Shown here piece by piece: positions 43,812 through 52,534 of a DNA stretch of 54,789 nt (position 1 is the first letter of the stretch; every line of letters begins with the position of its first letter). Source of the DNA: Nitrospiraceae bacterium (GTDB taxonomy: Bacteria; Nitrospirota; Thermodesulfovibrionia; UBA6902). Where the stretch lies: the NCBI GenBank assembly GCA_020346765.1, contig CP070788.1, positions 1,908,783-1,963,571 on the forward strand, written 5' to 3'. The position numbers were made by a program, and so were the translations under genes. The notes below the pieces were generated by a model. That model was not told the DNA's origin, did no database searches, and was given only the letters and a program-made list of their open reading frames with translations.

Positions 43812-46255
43812 ACGTACCTCGTATCCTGTTCTCCGGGCAGGGGGGCTGAAAGGGTGACCCTTGTCCCCTCGCCGGGAGCTGATTTGATGTCAAACTCACC
43901 TTGTATATGGCGCATCTTTTCCCGAATGCTGAAAAGCCCGAAACCCTCACGGGATGCTGAAGGCGGGGAAAAGCCTGTCCCGTTGTCCTCAACGACAATG
44001 ATAAACCGGCCGTCTTTCTTGCTCAATACAATTGTAATGGCCGATGCATGTGCGTGCTTTGCTGCGTTGAACAGCAGCTCCCTCACGGCCTGATACAGGA
44101 AAAAGCGCGTGCTGCTGTCATATGCCTTGTCCAGGTTGCAGTCGATCAGCGTGACCGGGATGCTATAGTTGCGGCTGAACTGTTCGATGAGCCACTTGAT
44201 TGCCTGGACGAGCCCCAGTTCGTAGAGTATAGGCGGGCTCAGCTCAAATGTCAATGACCGTGTCTCCCCAATTGTCTGTTCGATCATCTGGAGGACCTCC
44301 CTGATGCTGTTCTTAAGATCCGGCGATTCGATAGACTTGCTCAGGAGGCCGAGCTTGATCCGTGAAAGGGCCAGGGTCTGGCCGACGCAATCATGGAGTT
44401 CCGTGGCAATACGCCGTTTTTCGTTCTCTTCGATGAGAGCCATCTCTGAGCTGAGGGCCTGGAGCTGCTTCAGATACCCCTGAGATATTTTCTCCGCCTT
44501 CTTCCGGCCTTCTATCTCGTTACGGAGGTTCCTGTTGGCCTCGGTCAACTCCTGGGTCCTCTCGGCGACAAGCTCCTCAAGGCGGTCGTGATGCTTACGC
44601 AGTTCCGCTTCAACCTCCTTGTGATGCGACATGTCCCTGAATATTCCCTGTATAACCTGTTTCCCGCCTATTTCCGTGACACTTACGCTGATCTCAACGG
44701 GGATCTCCTTTCCCGAACTGTGCACGACGTATAGATCATAGGTCCTGCCTTCGCCTTTACGGACATAATCCATGAAAATTTTCCGGCAGCGCTCTTTTTC
44801 CCGGGGGGGATGAAGATAAGACTGGTGCATCCCGATGATGTTGCTGAGGGGTATTCCCAGCATCTGTGCCGCCCTCCTGTTCGCGTCTATGATAATGCCG
44901 GTTTTAGTATCGGCAAGGAATATGGCGTCATTGGCGATTTCAATGAGCTTTTTGTACTTCTCCTCCGATTTTCTCAGATCGGCCTGGGACTGTCTTGCTT
45001 CGGTTATGTCGAGAAGCACTCCCGTGATGACATCGCCGTCAATGGCGGCGCTCATGAGAATGTTCATATTATTCCCTGATTTCGTCACCGCCGTCATTTC
45101 ATAGTTTGCAACCCTTTCTGATTGACGCAGAAGCTTGAGGAACCGGGTACGGTCTTTTTCGTACCGGTAGAATGAAAGGACCGAGGCCTGCATCATTTCT
45201 TCGGAAGAGCTGAAGCCGAACATGCCCGCCGCGGTCCTGTTGACAAAAAGAATTTCTCCCTGGACCGTTGTCTTGAAAATCCCCACGAGGGAGTTTTCCA
45301 GAATGTTCTTGTATTCCCTGTTGGCCCTGGCGATTTCCATTTCCGAGCGAGTGCGCTCTATTTCCGAAGATGCACGGGAAGCAAATATCTGAAGCACTGA
45401 CTCGACCAACCGGACATTCCTTATGGATTTCCGGTACATGACCGCCATAAGACCGAGCTGTTCACCCGCTGAATCAAAGAGGGGCACCCCTGCGTATCCT
45501 TCCACGTGCAGGGCTGCCATCACACCTGCCTCAGGAAAAAGCCGCTGTACTCCCGACGGGTACGTGCGCGCTGTCCTGCCTTGGACGGTAAAACAGGGGG
45601 TGCCGGCCATGTTCACTTCCATGTTGTCAATGACTGCGCCGTCAGTAATGAAGGAGAGCGTCCTGGCGTGGCCGGGTTTTTCTGGGATAATCTCGGCGAT
45701 GTATGCGTAATCTGCCTCCAGTATGAGCGCAATATGTTTGACCATCCTGCTGAAAAAATCTTTCCCCGTGGCAGCAGACACGGCCTCTGCCAGGGCAAAA
45801 ACAGAATCTCGGGCAAGCTTGTGGTCGGTGATATCCGTCACGACGCCCAGGATGGCTGGCCCCCCCTCATGTTCTATAAGCCTGGTTGCGTGAACTGCCC
45901 TCAGGTCCCTGCCTCCCTTCGTGACTAATCTGTACTCATAGGGCTCCAGTTCTTCGCCCTGCATGTGCCTCTGGAAGTTGTCCTGCACAAGAGTCTGTGA
46001 GTCATGATGGATAAGCGTCATGAAATCAAAACCTTCAGAGCAGAGTTCCTCCTTGCCATAGCCCATGACCTCTTCACACTTTTTATTGACATAGATGATA
46101 CGGCCGCCCTGATTGATAAAAATCATGACGGGGGCTTTATCAACGATTTGACGGAACAGTAACCCTGTCTCAAGGGCTGGTGTTTCTGCTTTTTTTAAGC
46201 TGTCCATTGTGCCGGGGGTTCCTGCTTTTTTTATAACGGCTACTGGCCGGGTCAC
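43808..46255 (-). CDS. cytoplasmic sensor histidine kinase, PAS-GAF-PAS-PAS-HisKA_3-HATPase
   Basis: 815 aa with no TM segment. It has the NarX/DegS-type phospho-acceptor (RRIATELHDCVGQTLA) and ATPase G-boxes (VEDNGTGF, GFGLFSIRE). It overlaps the RR gene by 4 nt. Confidence 0.85.
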   Translation of the reverse strand: MTRPVAVIKKAGTPGTMDSLKKAETPALETGLLFRQIVDKAPVMIFINQGGRIIYVNKKCEEVMGYGKEELCSEGFDFMTLIHHDSQTLVQDNFQRHMQGEELEPYEYRLVTKGGRDLRAVHATRLIEHEGGPAILGVVTDITDHKLARDSVFALAEAVSAATGKDFFSRMVKHIALILEADYAYIAEIIPEKPGHARTLSFITDGAVIDNMEVNMAGTPCFTVQGRTARTYPSGVQRLFPEAGVMAALHVEGYAGVPLFDSAGEQLGLMAVMYRKSIRNVRLVESVLQIFASRASSEIERTRSEMEIARANREYKNILENSLVGIFKTTVQGEILFVNRTAAGMFGFSSSEEMMQASVLSFYRYEKDRTRFLKLLRQSERVANYEMTAVTKSGNNMNILMSAAIDGDVITGVLLDITEARQSQADLRKSEEKYKKLIEIANDAIFLADTKTGIIIDANRRAAQMLGIPLSNIIGMHQSYLHPPREKERCRKIFMDYVRKGEGRTYDLYVVHSSGKEIPVEISVSVTEIGGKQVIQGIFRDMSHHKEVEAELRKHHDRLEELVAERTQELTEANRNLRNEIEGRKKAEKISQGYLKQLQALSSEMALIEENEKRRIATELHDCVGQTLALSRIKLGLLSKSIESPDLKNSIREVLQMIEQTIGETRSLTFELSPPILYELGLVQAIKWLIEQFSRNYSIPVTLIDCNLDKAYDSSTRFFLYQAVRELLFNAAKHAHASAITIVLSKKDGRFIIVVEDNGTGFSPPSASREGFGLFSIREKMRHIQGEFDIKSAPGEGTRVTLSAPLPGEQDTRYV

Positions 46256-46456
46256 TGCATGGATGTGAAAAATGATACAGTAACTATATCGGTATCAGAG
46301 CGGAAAAATCAATTTTATCGAGTTGAATCGCTGGAATTCTGCAGGGCCCATACGAGGAGGGTGAATGAGGGCTCCATGAGCTCAGCGACTATTGATGATA
46401 TGCAGGAAACGGTGCTGATGGTACGGGACTTTGCATTGATGTAAAATAAAAATGTC

Positions 46457-47278
46457 ATGAATATTCTTTTCTTTACAGATCTCGATGGCACCCTTCTTGA
46501 TTCACGCTACTCCTTCAGAAAGGCCGTGCCCGCCCTGAAGCGTATCAGGAACCTTGCCATCCCGCTGGTGCTGTGCTCAAGCAAGACCGCCGCTGAAATA
46601 GAGGTTATCAGAAAAAGGATCGGCAACCATGATCCCTTTGTCTCAGAAAACGGAGGAGGGATCTTCATTCCAGAGGAAGCCGGCCTGAAGGTCCGGAAAT
46701 CCCAGTTTCACGTGATGAAGGAGGGTAGCTATTCTGTCATTAAACTGGGGGCGTCCTACAGTGATCTGCGAAAGGCTCTCAGTGATCTGCGCTCGAAGGG
46801 TGTTGCAGTTCGGGGATTTGGCGATATGACTGCCCGCGAGGTTGCCGGCCTCACGGGACTCAGACTGTCTGACGCCAGACTGGCAAAGCAACGGCACTTT
46901 GACGAGCCCTTTGTCTTTGAGGGAAGCCCCCGGACTGCTGCCGCACTCCTGCGTCAGATCAGGGCACAAGGCCTCCGCCATACACGGGGGGAGTTTTTTC
47001 ACCTCATGGGCGACAGCGACAAGGGGAAGGCGGTGGAGATCGTAAAAAGCCTGTATCTCAAAGGCCACGGTGCACTCATTACCGCGGCTCTTGGAGACAG
47101 CCCCAATGACATTGAAATGCTGCTCCAGGTAGATTATCCCGTCGTGGTGAAAAAGGAGAACGGTCGTTATCATCCCGAAGTGGTCAAAAGGGTGCCGGGG
47201 CTCATACGGGCCCGCGGAGCGGGGCCTGAAGGATGGAACAGGGCGGTGAATGAACTACTTGAAGCTCTGCTCCTCTGA
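46457..47278 (+). CDS. HAD-IIB phosphatase of the mannosyl-/glucosyl-3-phosphoglycerate phosphatase (MpgP/YedP) family
   Basis: 273 aa. It has the N-terminal nucleophile motif [10 protein letters not shown], then CSSKT, and a C-terminal GDSPND. Confidence 0.8.
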   Translation: MNILFFTDLDGTLLDSRYSFRKAVPALKRIRNLAIPLVLCSSKTAAEIEVIRKRIGNHDPFVSENGGGIFIPEEAGLKVRKSQFHVMKEGSYSVIKLGASYSDLRKALSDLRSKGVAVRGFGDMTAREVAGLTGLRLSDARLAKQRHFDEPFVFEGSPRTAAALLRQIRAQGLRHTRGEFFHLMGDSDKGKAVEIVKSLYLKGHGALITAALGDSPNDIEMLLQVDYPVVVKKENGRYHPEVVKRVPGLIRARGAGPEGWNRAVNELLEALLL

Positions 47279-48073
47279 GGGAAATATCCCCTGTTCTATT
47301 TCATCCCGGTATGCTGTGATCGCCTTCAGCGCATCCTCTTTCAGGTTCGCGTAACGCTTTATGAATTTCGGTATGAACCGTTCAAATAGTCCGATCACGT
47401 CATGGAGCACCAGCACCTGACCGTCACACCGGGGGCCGGCGCCGATGCCGATCGTGGGAATCGACAGCTCGGAGGTGATCTGGGCAGCGAGGTCCATGGG
47501 GATGGCCTCCAGAAGGAGCGCAAAGGCCCCGGCATCCTCGACGATATGGGCTTCATCAACAAGCCTCAGCGCCGACTCTTCAGTCTTCCCCTGTACCTTG
47601 TAGCCGCCCATCCGGTGGATTGACTGGGGTGTGAGCCCGATGTGGGCCATGACGGGGATGTCCGATTTTTTCATTGCCCTGATGTGGTTCGCTATCTCCG
47701 CCCCCCCTTCCATCTTCACGGCCGCTGCACCGGCTTCTTTAAGGAAGCGGCCTGCATTTCTCAGTGCATCGGCCTTTCCGGTCTGGTAGGACATGAATGG
47801 CATGTCACCGATGATCAGGGCGTTACTGACCCCGCGGGAAACCATTTTGGTATGGTAGATCATTTCATCCATGGTAACAGGCAGGGTGTTCTCAAGGCCC
47901 TGGACGACCATACCGAGGGAATCGCCAACGAGTATCCCGTCGATGCCGGCCTCGTCAACAATCCGGGCAAAGGGATAGTCGTAGGCAGTGAGCATGGTTA
48001 TTTTCCTGCCCTCCTTTTTCTTCTTCAGGAAATCCTGGATCGTAAACCTGGCCATGGTAATCTCTCTGTCCAT
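47255..48073 (-). CDS. panB: 3-methyl-2-oxobutanoate hydroxymethyltransferase (true start probably the ATG at 48055)
   Basis: [36 protein letters not shown] is canonical PanB. Codon 7 (MARFTIQDF) gives the usual N-terminus. Confidence 0.9.
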   Translation of the reverse strand: MDREITMARFTIQDFLKKKKEGRKITMLTAYDYPFARIVDEAGIDGILVGDSLGMVVQGLENTLPVTMDEMIYHTKMVSRGVSNALIIGDMPFMSYQTGKADALRNAGRFLKEAGAAAVKMEGGAEIANHIRAMKKSDIPVMAHIGLTPQSIHRMGGYKVQGKTEESALRLVDEAHIVEDAGAFALLLEAIPMDLAAQITSELSIPTIGIGAGPRCDGQVLVLHDVIGLFERFIPKFIKRYANLKEDALKAITAYRDEIEQGIFPSEEQSFK

Positions 48074-48136
48074 TCGGCGGAGATGATCTAAAGGGAAGAA
48101 AAGTCTTTCTCCCCTCCGCCGCCATTGCGCCGACTT

Positions 48137-48565
48137 TTATTTCACTATCTCAATCAGTTCGAGATCAAAAATGAGTTCTTTGCCGGCAAGAGGATGGTTG
48201 GCATCCATCATATATCCCTTTTCCGTCCGGCTCAGGACCGTGACAACAACACTCTTTCCGTCAGGCCTGTGCATCTGAACGGTCTGCCCGATCTGCGGGT
48301 CAAAGTTGCCCGGCGCATTCTTACGGGAGAACTCGAAGACCCTCCCTTCGTCGCGGTGGCCGTATCCTTCTTCCGGCGGGATGGTGACGGTGGTGGAGCT
48401 CCCGGCCTTCATGCCCACAATGTTTCTTTCGAAACCGCGGATTACCTTCCCCTCCCCGATAACAAATTCTATGGGAATGCTGTCACGGGATGATTCTACA
48501 ACCTTCCCCTGGACGTCTTTCAGGGTGTAATGCACCCGGACCCTGTCTCCCTGCTGTGCTGCCAT
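48137..48565 (-). CDS. FKBP-type peptidyl-prolyl cis-trans isomerase (SlyD/FkpB-like, with IF insert)
   Basis: I place the start at codon 12 of the tracked ORF, preceded by AAAGGAGA. It shows GDRVRVHYTLKD..G.V..S.......F.IGEGKVIRGFERNIVGMKAG and HPLAGKELIFDLELIEI. Confidence 0.85.
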   Translation of the reverse strand: MAAQQGDRVRVHYTLKDVQGKVVESSRDSIPIEFVIGEGKVIRGFERNIVGMKAGSSTTVTIPPEEGYGHRDEGRVFEFSRKNAPGNFDPQIGQTVQMHRPDGKSVVVTVLSRTEKGYMMDANHPLAGKELIFDLELIEIVK

Positions 48566-48659
48566 GAATGGTCTCCTTTGCTCTGTGACGGTTCTCAATA
48601 ATCAATAATTGGTTACTGGCCGTGTTCATTTAATTCCCGGTCGCCTCATTATACCACAT

Positions 48660-49508
48660 TCATCTCCTCCGCCGGTCCGCAGCTCTGAGGAAGAAAAAGA
48701 CTGCCAGGCCTGCCAGTATCATGGCAAGGCACAGTATCTGGCCAAGGGTGAGGACGCCGAGAATGTAGCCGATGTGGGAGTCAGGCTCGCGGACCGTTTC
48801 AATGACGAAGCGCACCGTTCCGTAGCCCATGATGTACAGGGCGAAGAAAAAGCCTTCAAAGGCCCTTTTTTTGCGTATGCCCCAGAGGAGCGCAAAAAGG
48901 ACGATTCCTTCCAACAGGGCCTCATACAGCTGGGAAGGATGCCGCAGCTGGTGTGTTTCGTCAAGGGGAAAATACATGCCCCAGGGCAGGGAGGTGACCC
49001 GGCCAAAGAGTTCTCCGTTGATAAAATTACCGATCCTTCCAAAGGTGTATCCCAGCGGAATTGAGGGGACGAGAAAATCCACGAACTGCCAGAAGGGTAT
49101 GGTATAGCTCCTGCAAAACAGGATTGTGGCAACGATGACGCCGATGAGCCCGCCATGGTAGGACATGCCGGAGAGCCCGGTAAAGTGAAATCCTCCTGAA
49201 AAACTGAAGGGGAGGATGATCTCCAGGGGATTTGACAGATAGTAGCGAAGATTATAGAAGAGCACATAACCGAGCCGAGCCCCCAGCATGAGGCCCAGGA
49301 TGGCCCAGACAAAATAGTTCTCTACGGCGACTTTCGGGTAGTCGTACTTTTCCGTCTTCAGCCTGTACAGGGAGAGCAGGTAAACGATTGCAAAGGCCAC
49401 GATATACATCAGGCCGTAATAGCGGAGTTCAAACTGGCCTATTTTTATGATGTAGGGCCTGATATGCTCCGGCAGATGCTGCCAGAAATAAAGAAAGCTG
49501 CTGTTCAT
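48660..49508 (-). CDS. lgt: prolipoprotein diacylglyceryl transferase
   Basis: 282 aa. It shows YGLMYIVAF, HGGLIG, and GRIGNFINGELFGR. Confidence 0.9.
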   Translation of the reverse strand: MNSSFLYFWQHLPEHIRPYIIKIGQFELRYYGLMYIVAFAIVYLLSLYRLKTEKYDYPKVAVENYFVWAILGLMLGARLGYVLFYNLRYYLSNPLEIILPFSFSGGFHFTGLSGMSYHGGLIGVIVATILFCRSYTIPFWQFVDFLVPSIPLGYTFGRIGNFINGELFGRVTSLPWGMYFPLDETHQLRHPSQLYEALLEGIVLFALLWGIRKKRAFEGFFFALYIMGYGTVRFVIETVREPDSHIGYILGVLTLGQILCLAMILAGLAVFFFLRAADRRRR

Positions 49509-49686
49509 TCTATGTGAGCCTCATCATTACCTTAACGTGGACAGGTCATACCAATCAATGCTGAGATTATTAATCATGAAATCACTCATATTTATTTTAG
49601 ATACTGTCCTGCCTGACAGGGGGCCCGTTACTCTATTACTCCATGAGTAACAGCGGGATTAGTATACCACAGCAGGGAGTCGGTGA

Positions 49687-49971
49687 TCAGGGCAGGAGGT
49701 CAGGGAAGAACAGGGTCTTGATACGATGAAAGATGCGGCCTGTCGACCGAAGGTAGAGACGGAGGGAGACCAGGAAAATGGCGGCGCCCGCGATCATACC
49801 GGGATAGACCGTCTGGCCGGGGTCAAGGTAGGGCCTGCTCATGATGGCCAGCGTGCTCAGGACAAGGAGGATGACCACGAAGGTCACAAGGAAATGAATG
49901 GCTGTGACCAGGATAAAGACCGCTGCGCAGGCGGCACGCCTGAAGAGAGTGCCTGATTCCTCATGTGTCAT
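49687..49971 (-). CDS. hypothetical small membrane protein (weak call)
   Basis: 94 aa with three hydrophobic segments. There is no SD. The ATG sits only 4 nt after the U-tract of the metF terminator, so expression is doubtful. Confidence 0.35.
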   Translation of the reverse strand: MTHEESGTLFRRAACAAVFILVTAIHFLVTFVVILLVLSTLAIMSRPYLDPGQTVYPGMIAGAAIFLVSLRLYLRSTGRIFHRIKTLFFPDLLP

Positions 49972-49975
49972 CGGG

Positions 49976-50011
49976 AAAAATAAAAAGAGAGTTCAGAGTA
50001 GCGAACTCTCT
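49976..50011 (-). terminator. Rho-independent terminator after metF
   Basis: The minus strand reads AGAGAGUUC-gcuacucu-GAACUCUCU followed by UUUUAUUUUU. It begins 25 nt after the metF stop. Confidence 0.8.
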
Positions 50012-50036
50012 TCCTCTCCGGAGCATCAGGGACGTA

Positions 50037-50918
50037 TCAGAGCAGGCCGGCCCTTTCCATGATGATGGGGACTTTGTCTTCCATGCCGATAGCCATGATG
50101 TGTACGCCGTCGCAAATTTTTTCCTCGTTCAGTTGTTTAATGTGCCGGGCGGTGATGTTCAGACCGGTGTCGAGGGCCTTCTCCTTGCCCGCGGCCTTGA
50201 GTTCATCGATCAGGTCCTGGGGCACGTTGATCCCGGGTACAAACTTGTTCAGAAAATTTGCCATGCCGGAGCTCTTCAGCACCACAAACCCCGCAAGGAC
50301 CTTGACCGGAAATTTACGTGCGTGGGCCATGAACGTCCTGAACTTCTCGATGTCATAAATTGCCTGGGTCTGGAAGAAGTTTGCCCCAGCATTGACCTTT
50401 TTTTCGAACTTCATGAGCTGCGGCTCGATCGGGTTTGCCTCAGGCGTGACCACGGCGCCCTGAAAGAACTTCGTGGATCCCTTGAGGTCGCTGCCCATCA
50501 TGTCCTTGCCCCTGTTCAGGGAATCAACGATCCTCAAAAGCTGAACGGACTCTATGTCATAGACCGGCTTTGCCTCCTTGTGGTCACCTGCCGACACATG
50601 ATCACCTGTCATGCACAGGACATTGTGAATGCCGAGGATGCTTGCACCCAGGAGGTCTGACTGGAGCCCGATCCTGTTCCTGTCTCTGCAGGTCATCTGC
50701 AGTATCGGTTCAAGGCCCTTGTCCATGGCGATCTTGCACACGGAAAGTGAATTGATCCTCATGACAGCGGACTGGTTGTCTGTTACATTGGCGGCATCAA
50801 TCTTGCCTTTCAGCAAATCGATGTGATGGAGCATTTCCGAAATGTCCGTTCCCTTCGGAGGGCCCACCTCAGCGGTGACAACAAATTTGCCTGATTCGAG
50901 CGCTTCCTTAAAACTCAT
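50037..50918 (-). CDS. metF: 5,10-methylenetetrahydrofolate reductase (MetF, anaerobe type)
   Basis: 293 aa. It shows VVTAEVGPPKG, VTDNQSAVMR and QMTCRDRNRIGLQSDLLGA. Confidence 0.9.
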   Translation of the reverse strand: MSFKEALESGKFVVTAEVGPPKGTDISEMLHHIDLLKGKIDAANVTDNQSAVMRINSLSVCKIAMDKGLEPILQMTCRDRNRIGLQSDLLGASILGIHNVLCMTGDHVSAGDHKEAKPVYDIESVQLLRIVDSLNRGKDMMGSDLKGSTKFFQGAVVTPEANPIEPQLMKFEKKVNAGANFFQTQAIYDIEKFRTFMAHARKFPVKVLAGFVVLKSSGMANFLNKFVPGINVPQDLIDELKAAGKEKALDTGLNITARHIKQLNEEKICDGVHIMAIGMEDKVPIIMERAGLL

Positions 50919-50945
50919 GTGATCTGTCTCCTCTCCGGGTCGTGG

Positions 50946-51617
50946 TTATTCTGTCAATTCCTTTTTGTCCTTGCGGGTGGCCAGGGTCCCGGGCTTCTGG
51001 CCCTTCGACCAGTCCTTGGGCTCTATGACCTCTTTCATCTCTTCAAGGTTGCCCAGGGCCTTCTGCCGTTCGTATATCCTGACCCAGGCACAGGGAGTAT
51101 CAGGACTGACTTCGCACTTGCCGTCGCTCATCCCGCCGCAGGGCCCCACGAGGAGACCCTTGGGGCAGTTGGTGATTGGGCAGATTCCTGCAGTCTTGCC
51201 GATGATGCACTCACCACAGAGGGAGCACCGTTCATCAAACATCTGAAAGCGGGTCATATTGCCGAGAAAGAGGGAATCGTTTGCCGGGTACACGGGCTTG
51301 TCCTTGAATATCTCCGTCGCTGACTGCGTCCCCGCCCCGCAGGACATGACAATGATTGCGTCGGCTGCTTCACAGGCGTCCTTGTCCTTTTTGAGCTCTA
51401 TCTTCGTTCCCAGTGTCTGGCATCCGGTCTTTGGCACCATCATACCCGTTACCTCTTTGCCGTTGCTTTTGAGGAATCCGGCCATGTCCTTGAGGGCGTC
51501 TTCATTTCCGGTGCCGCAGAGCGATGCGCACTCTGAGCAGCCGATCAGGAAGAAGCTCTTGTACTTGCTGATGGTTTCCAGGATGCTGTTGGGGTCCTTC
51601 TGCTTAGTTATTATCAT
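50946..51617 (-). CDS. metV: MetV, Cys-rich (Fe-S/Zn) small subunit associated with MetF
   Basis: I place the start at codon 13 of the tracked ORF (MIITKQKD), preceded by TAAGGAGAA. It is Cys-rich (GCSECASLCG, CSLCGECI, ICPITNCPKGLLVGPCGG). It lies immediately upstream of metF, as in acetogens. Confidence 0.75.
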   Translation of the reverse strand: MIITKQKDPNSILETISKYKSFFLIGCSECASLCGTGNEDALKDMAGFLKSNGKEVTGMMVPKTGCQTLGTKIELKKDKDACEAADAIIVMSCGAGTQSATEIFKDKPVYPANDSLFLGNMTRFQMFDERCSLCGECIIGKTAGICPITNCPKGLLVGPCGGMSDGKCEVSPDTPCAWVRIYERQKALGNLEEMKEVIEPKDWSKGQKPGTLATRKDKKELTE

Positions 51618-51765
51618 GATGTTTCTCCTTAAAATTAGTATGGAGCCCGGCAATTCCGCGGAACCGGGGCTCCGGTGTTTCTCACACCGGAGTGCTGCTG
51701 CTCCATACGACTTTTTTCCAGTTGCTGTATCTTACTGCAACGGCAGGACAGAATATCAAGGGGCA

Positions 51766-52329
51766 TCAGCCTCTCATCTTGATCAGCTCGAGAAGCTCGG
51801 CCCTTGTGGATTCCTTGGTGCGGAAGAGCCCTCTCACTGCCGAGGTTACTGTCCTGGTGTTCGGTTTTTTCACACCCCTCATGGACATGCACAGGTGTTC
51901 CGCATCGATAATAACCATGGCGCCCTTGGGCTTCAGCCTGTCCATGATCATGTCGGCAAGCTGGGACGTCAGGCGCTCCTGTACCTGGGGCCGTTTAGCG
52001 AAGACCTCCACGGCCCTGGCGAGCTTGCTGAGGCCCACAATTTTACCTCCTGAAGGTATGTAGGCGACGTGGGCCTTTCCGATAAAGGGGAGCAGGTGAT
52101 GCTCGCATACGGAGTAGAAGGGAATGTCCCTGAGCATCACCATCTCATCGTGACTTTCCCCCTCTATGGGTTTCAGGACGTCCTTTGAGGGGGTCTTCAG
52201 CCCGGAAAAGATCTCTTCGTAAAGGTCGGCGATGCGCCGGGGGGTATCCTTCAGACCGGGCCGTGCCGGGTCCTCCCCGATGCCTTCGAGGATCAGCTTC
52301 ACGCCTTTTTCAATCTTTTTCTTGTCCAT
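51766..52329 (-). CDS. folE: GTP cyclohydrolase I
   Basis: 187 aa. It has the active-site block [22 protein letters not shown] and the C-terminal HLCMSMRGV. Confidence 0.9.
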   Translation of the reverse strand: MDKKKIEKGVKLILEGIGEDPARPGLKDTPRRIADLYEEIFSGLKTPSKDVLKPIEGESHDEMVMLRDIPFYSVCEHHLLPFIGKAHVAYIPSGGKIVGLSKLARAVEVFAKRPQVQERLTSQLADMIMDRLKPKGAMVIIDAEHLCMSMRGVKKPNTRTVTSAVRGLFRTKESTRAELLELIKMRG

Positions 52330-52466
52330 TACGTGTAACGATCGTTCAGGCTTTGTGCCGCAACCTTTGAGGGTATGACCTGAAAATGGTAGAAAAGTCT
52401 AACATGTGATAGCAAACGGTGTCAAAAGCCCTGTATCAGGGTTCAGCATCCATACGAGAGCGATAT

Positions 52467-52494
52467 GAAAAAGCCCGCTCACCGAGCGGGCTTT
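52467..52494 (-). terminator. Rho-independent terminator after the FolD-like gene
   Basis: The minus strand reads AAAGCCCGCUC-ggug-AGCGGGCUUU followed by UU. It lies about 40 nt downstream of the stop at 52535. Confidence 0.7.
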
Positions 52495-52534
52495 GCAGAT
52501 GGCGTGATACGCGACGGAGGGAAGCACCGAATCC

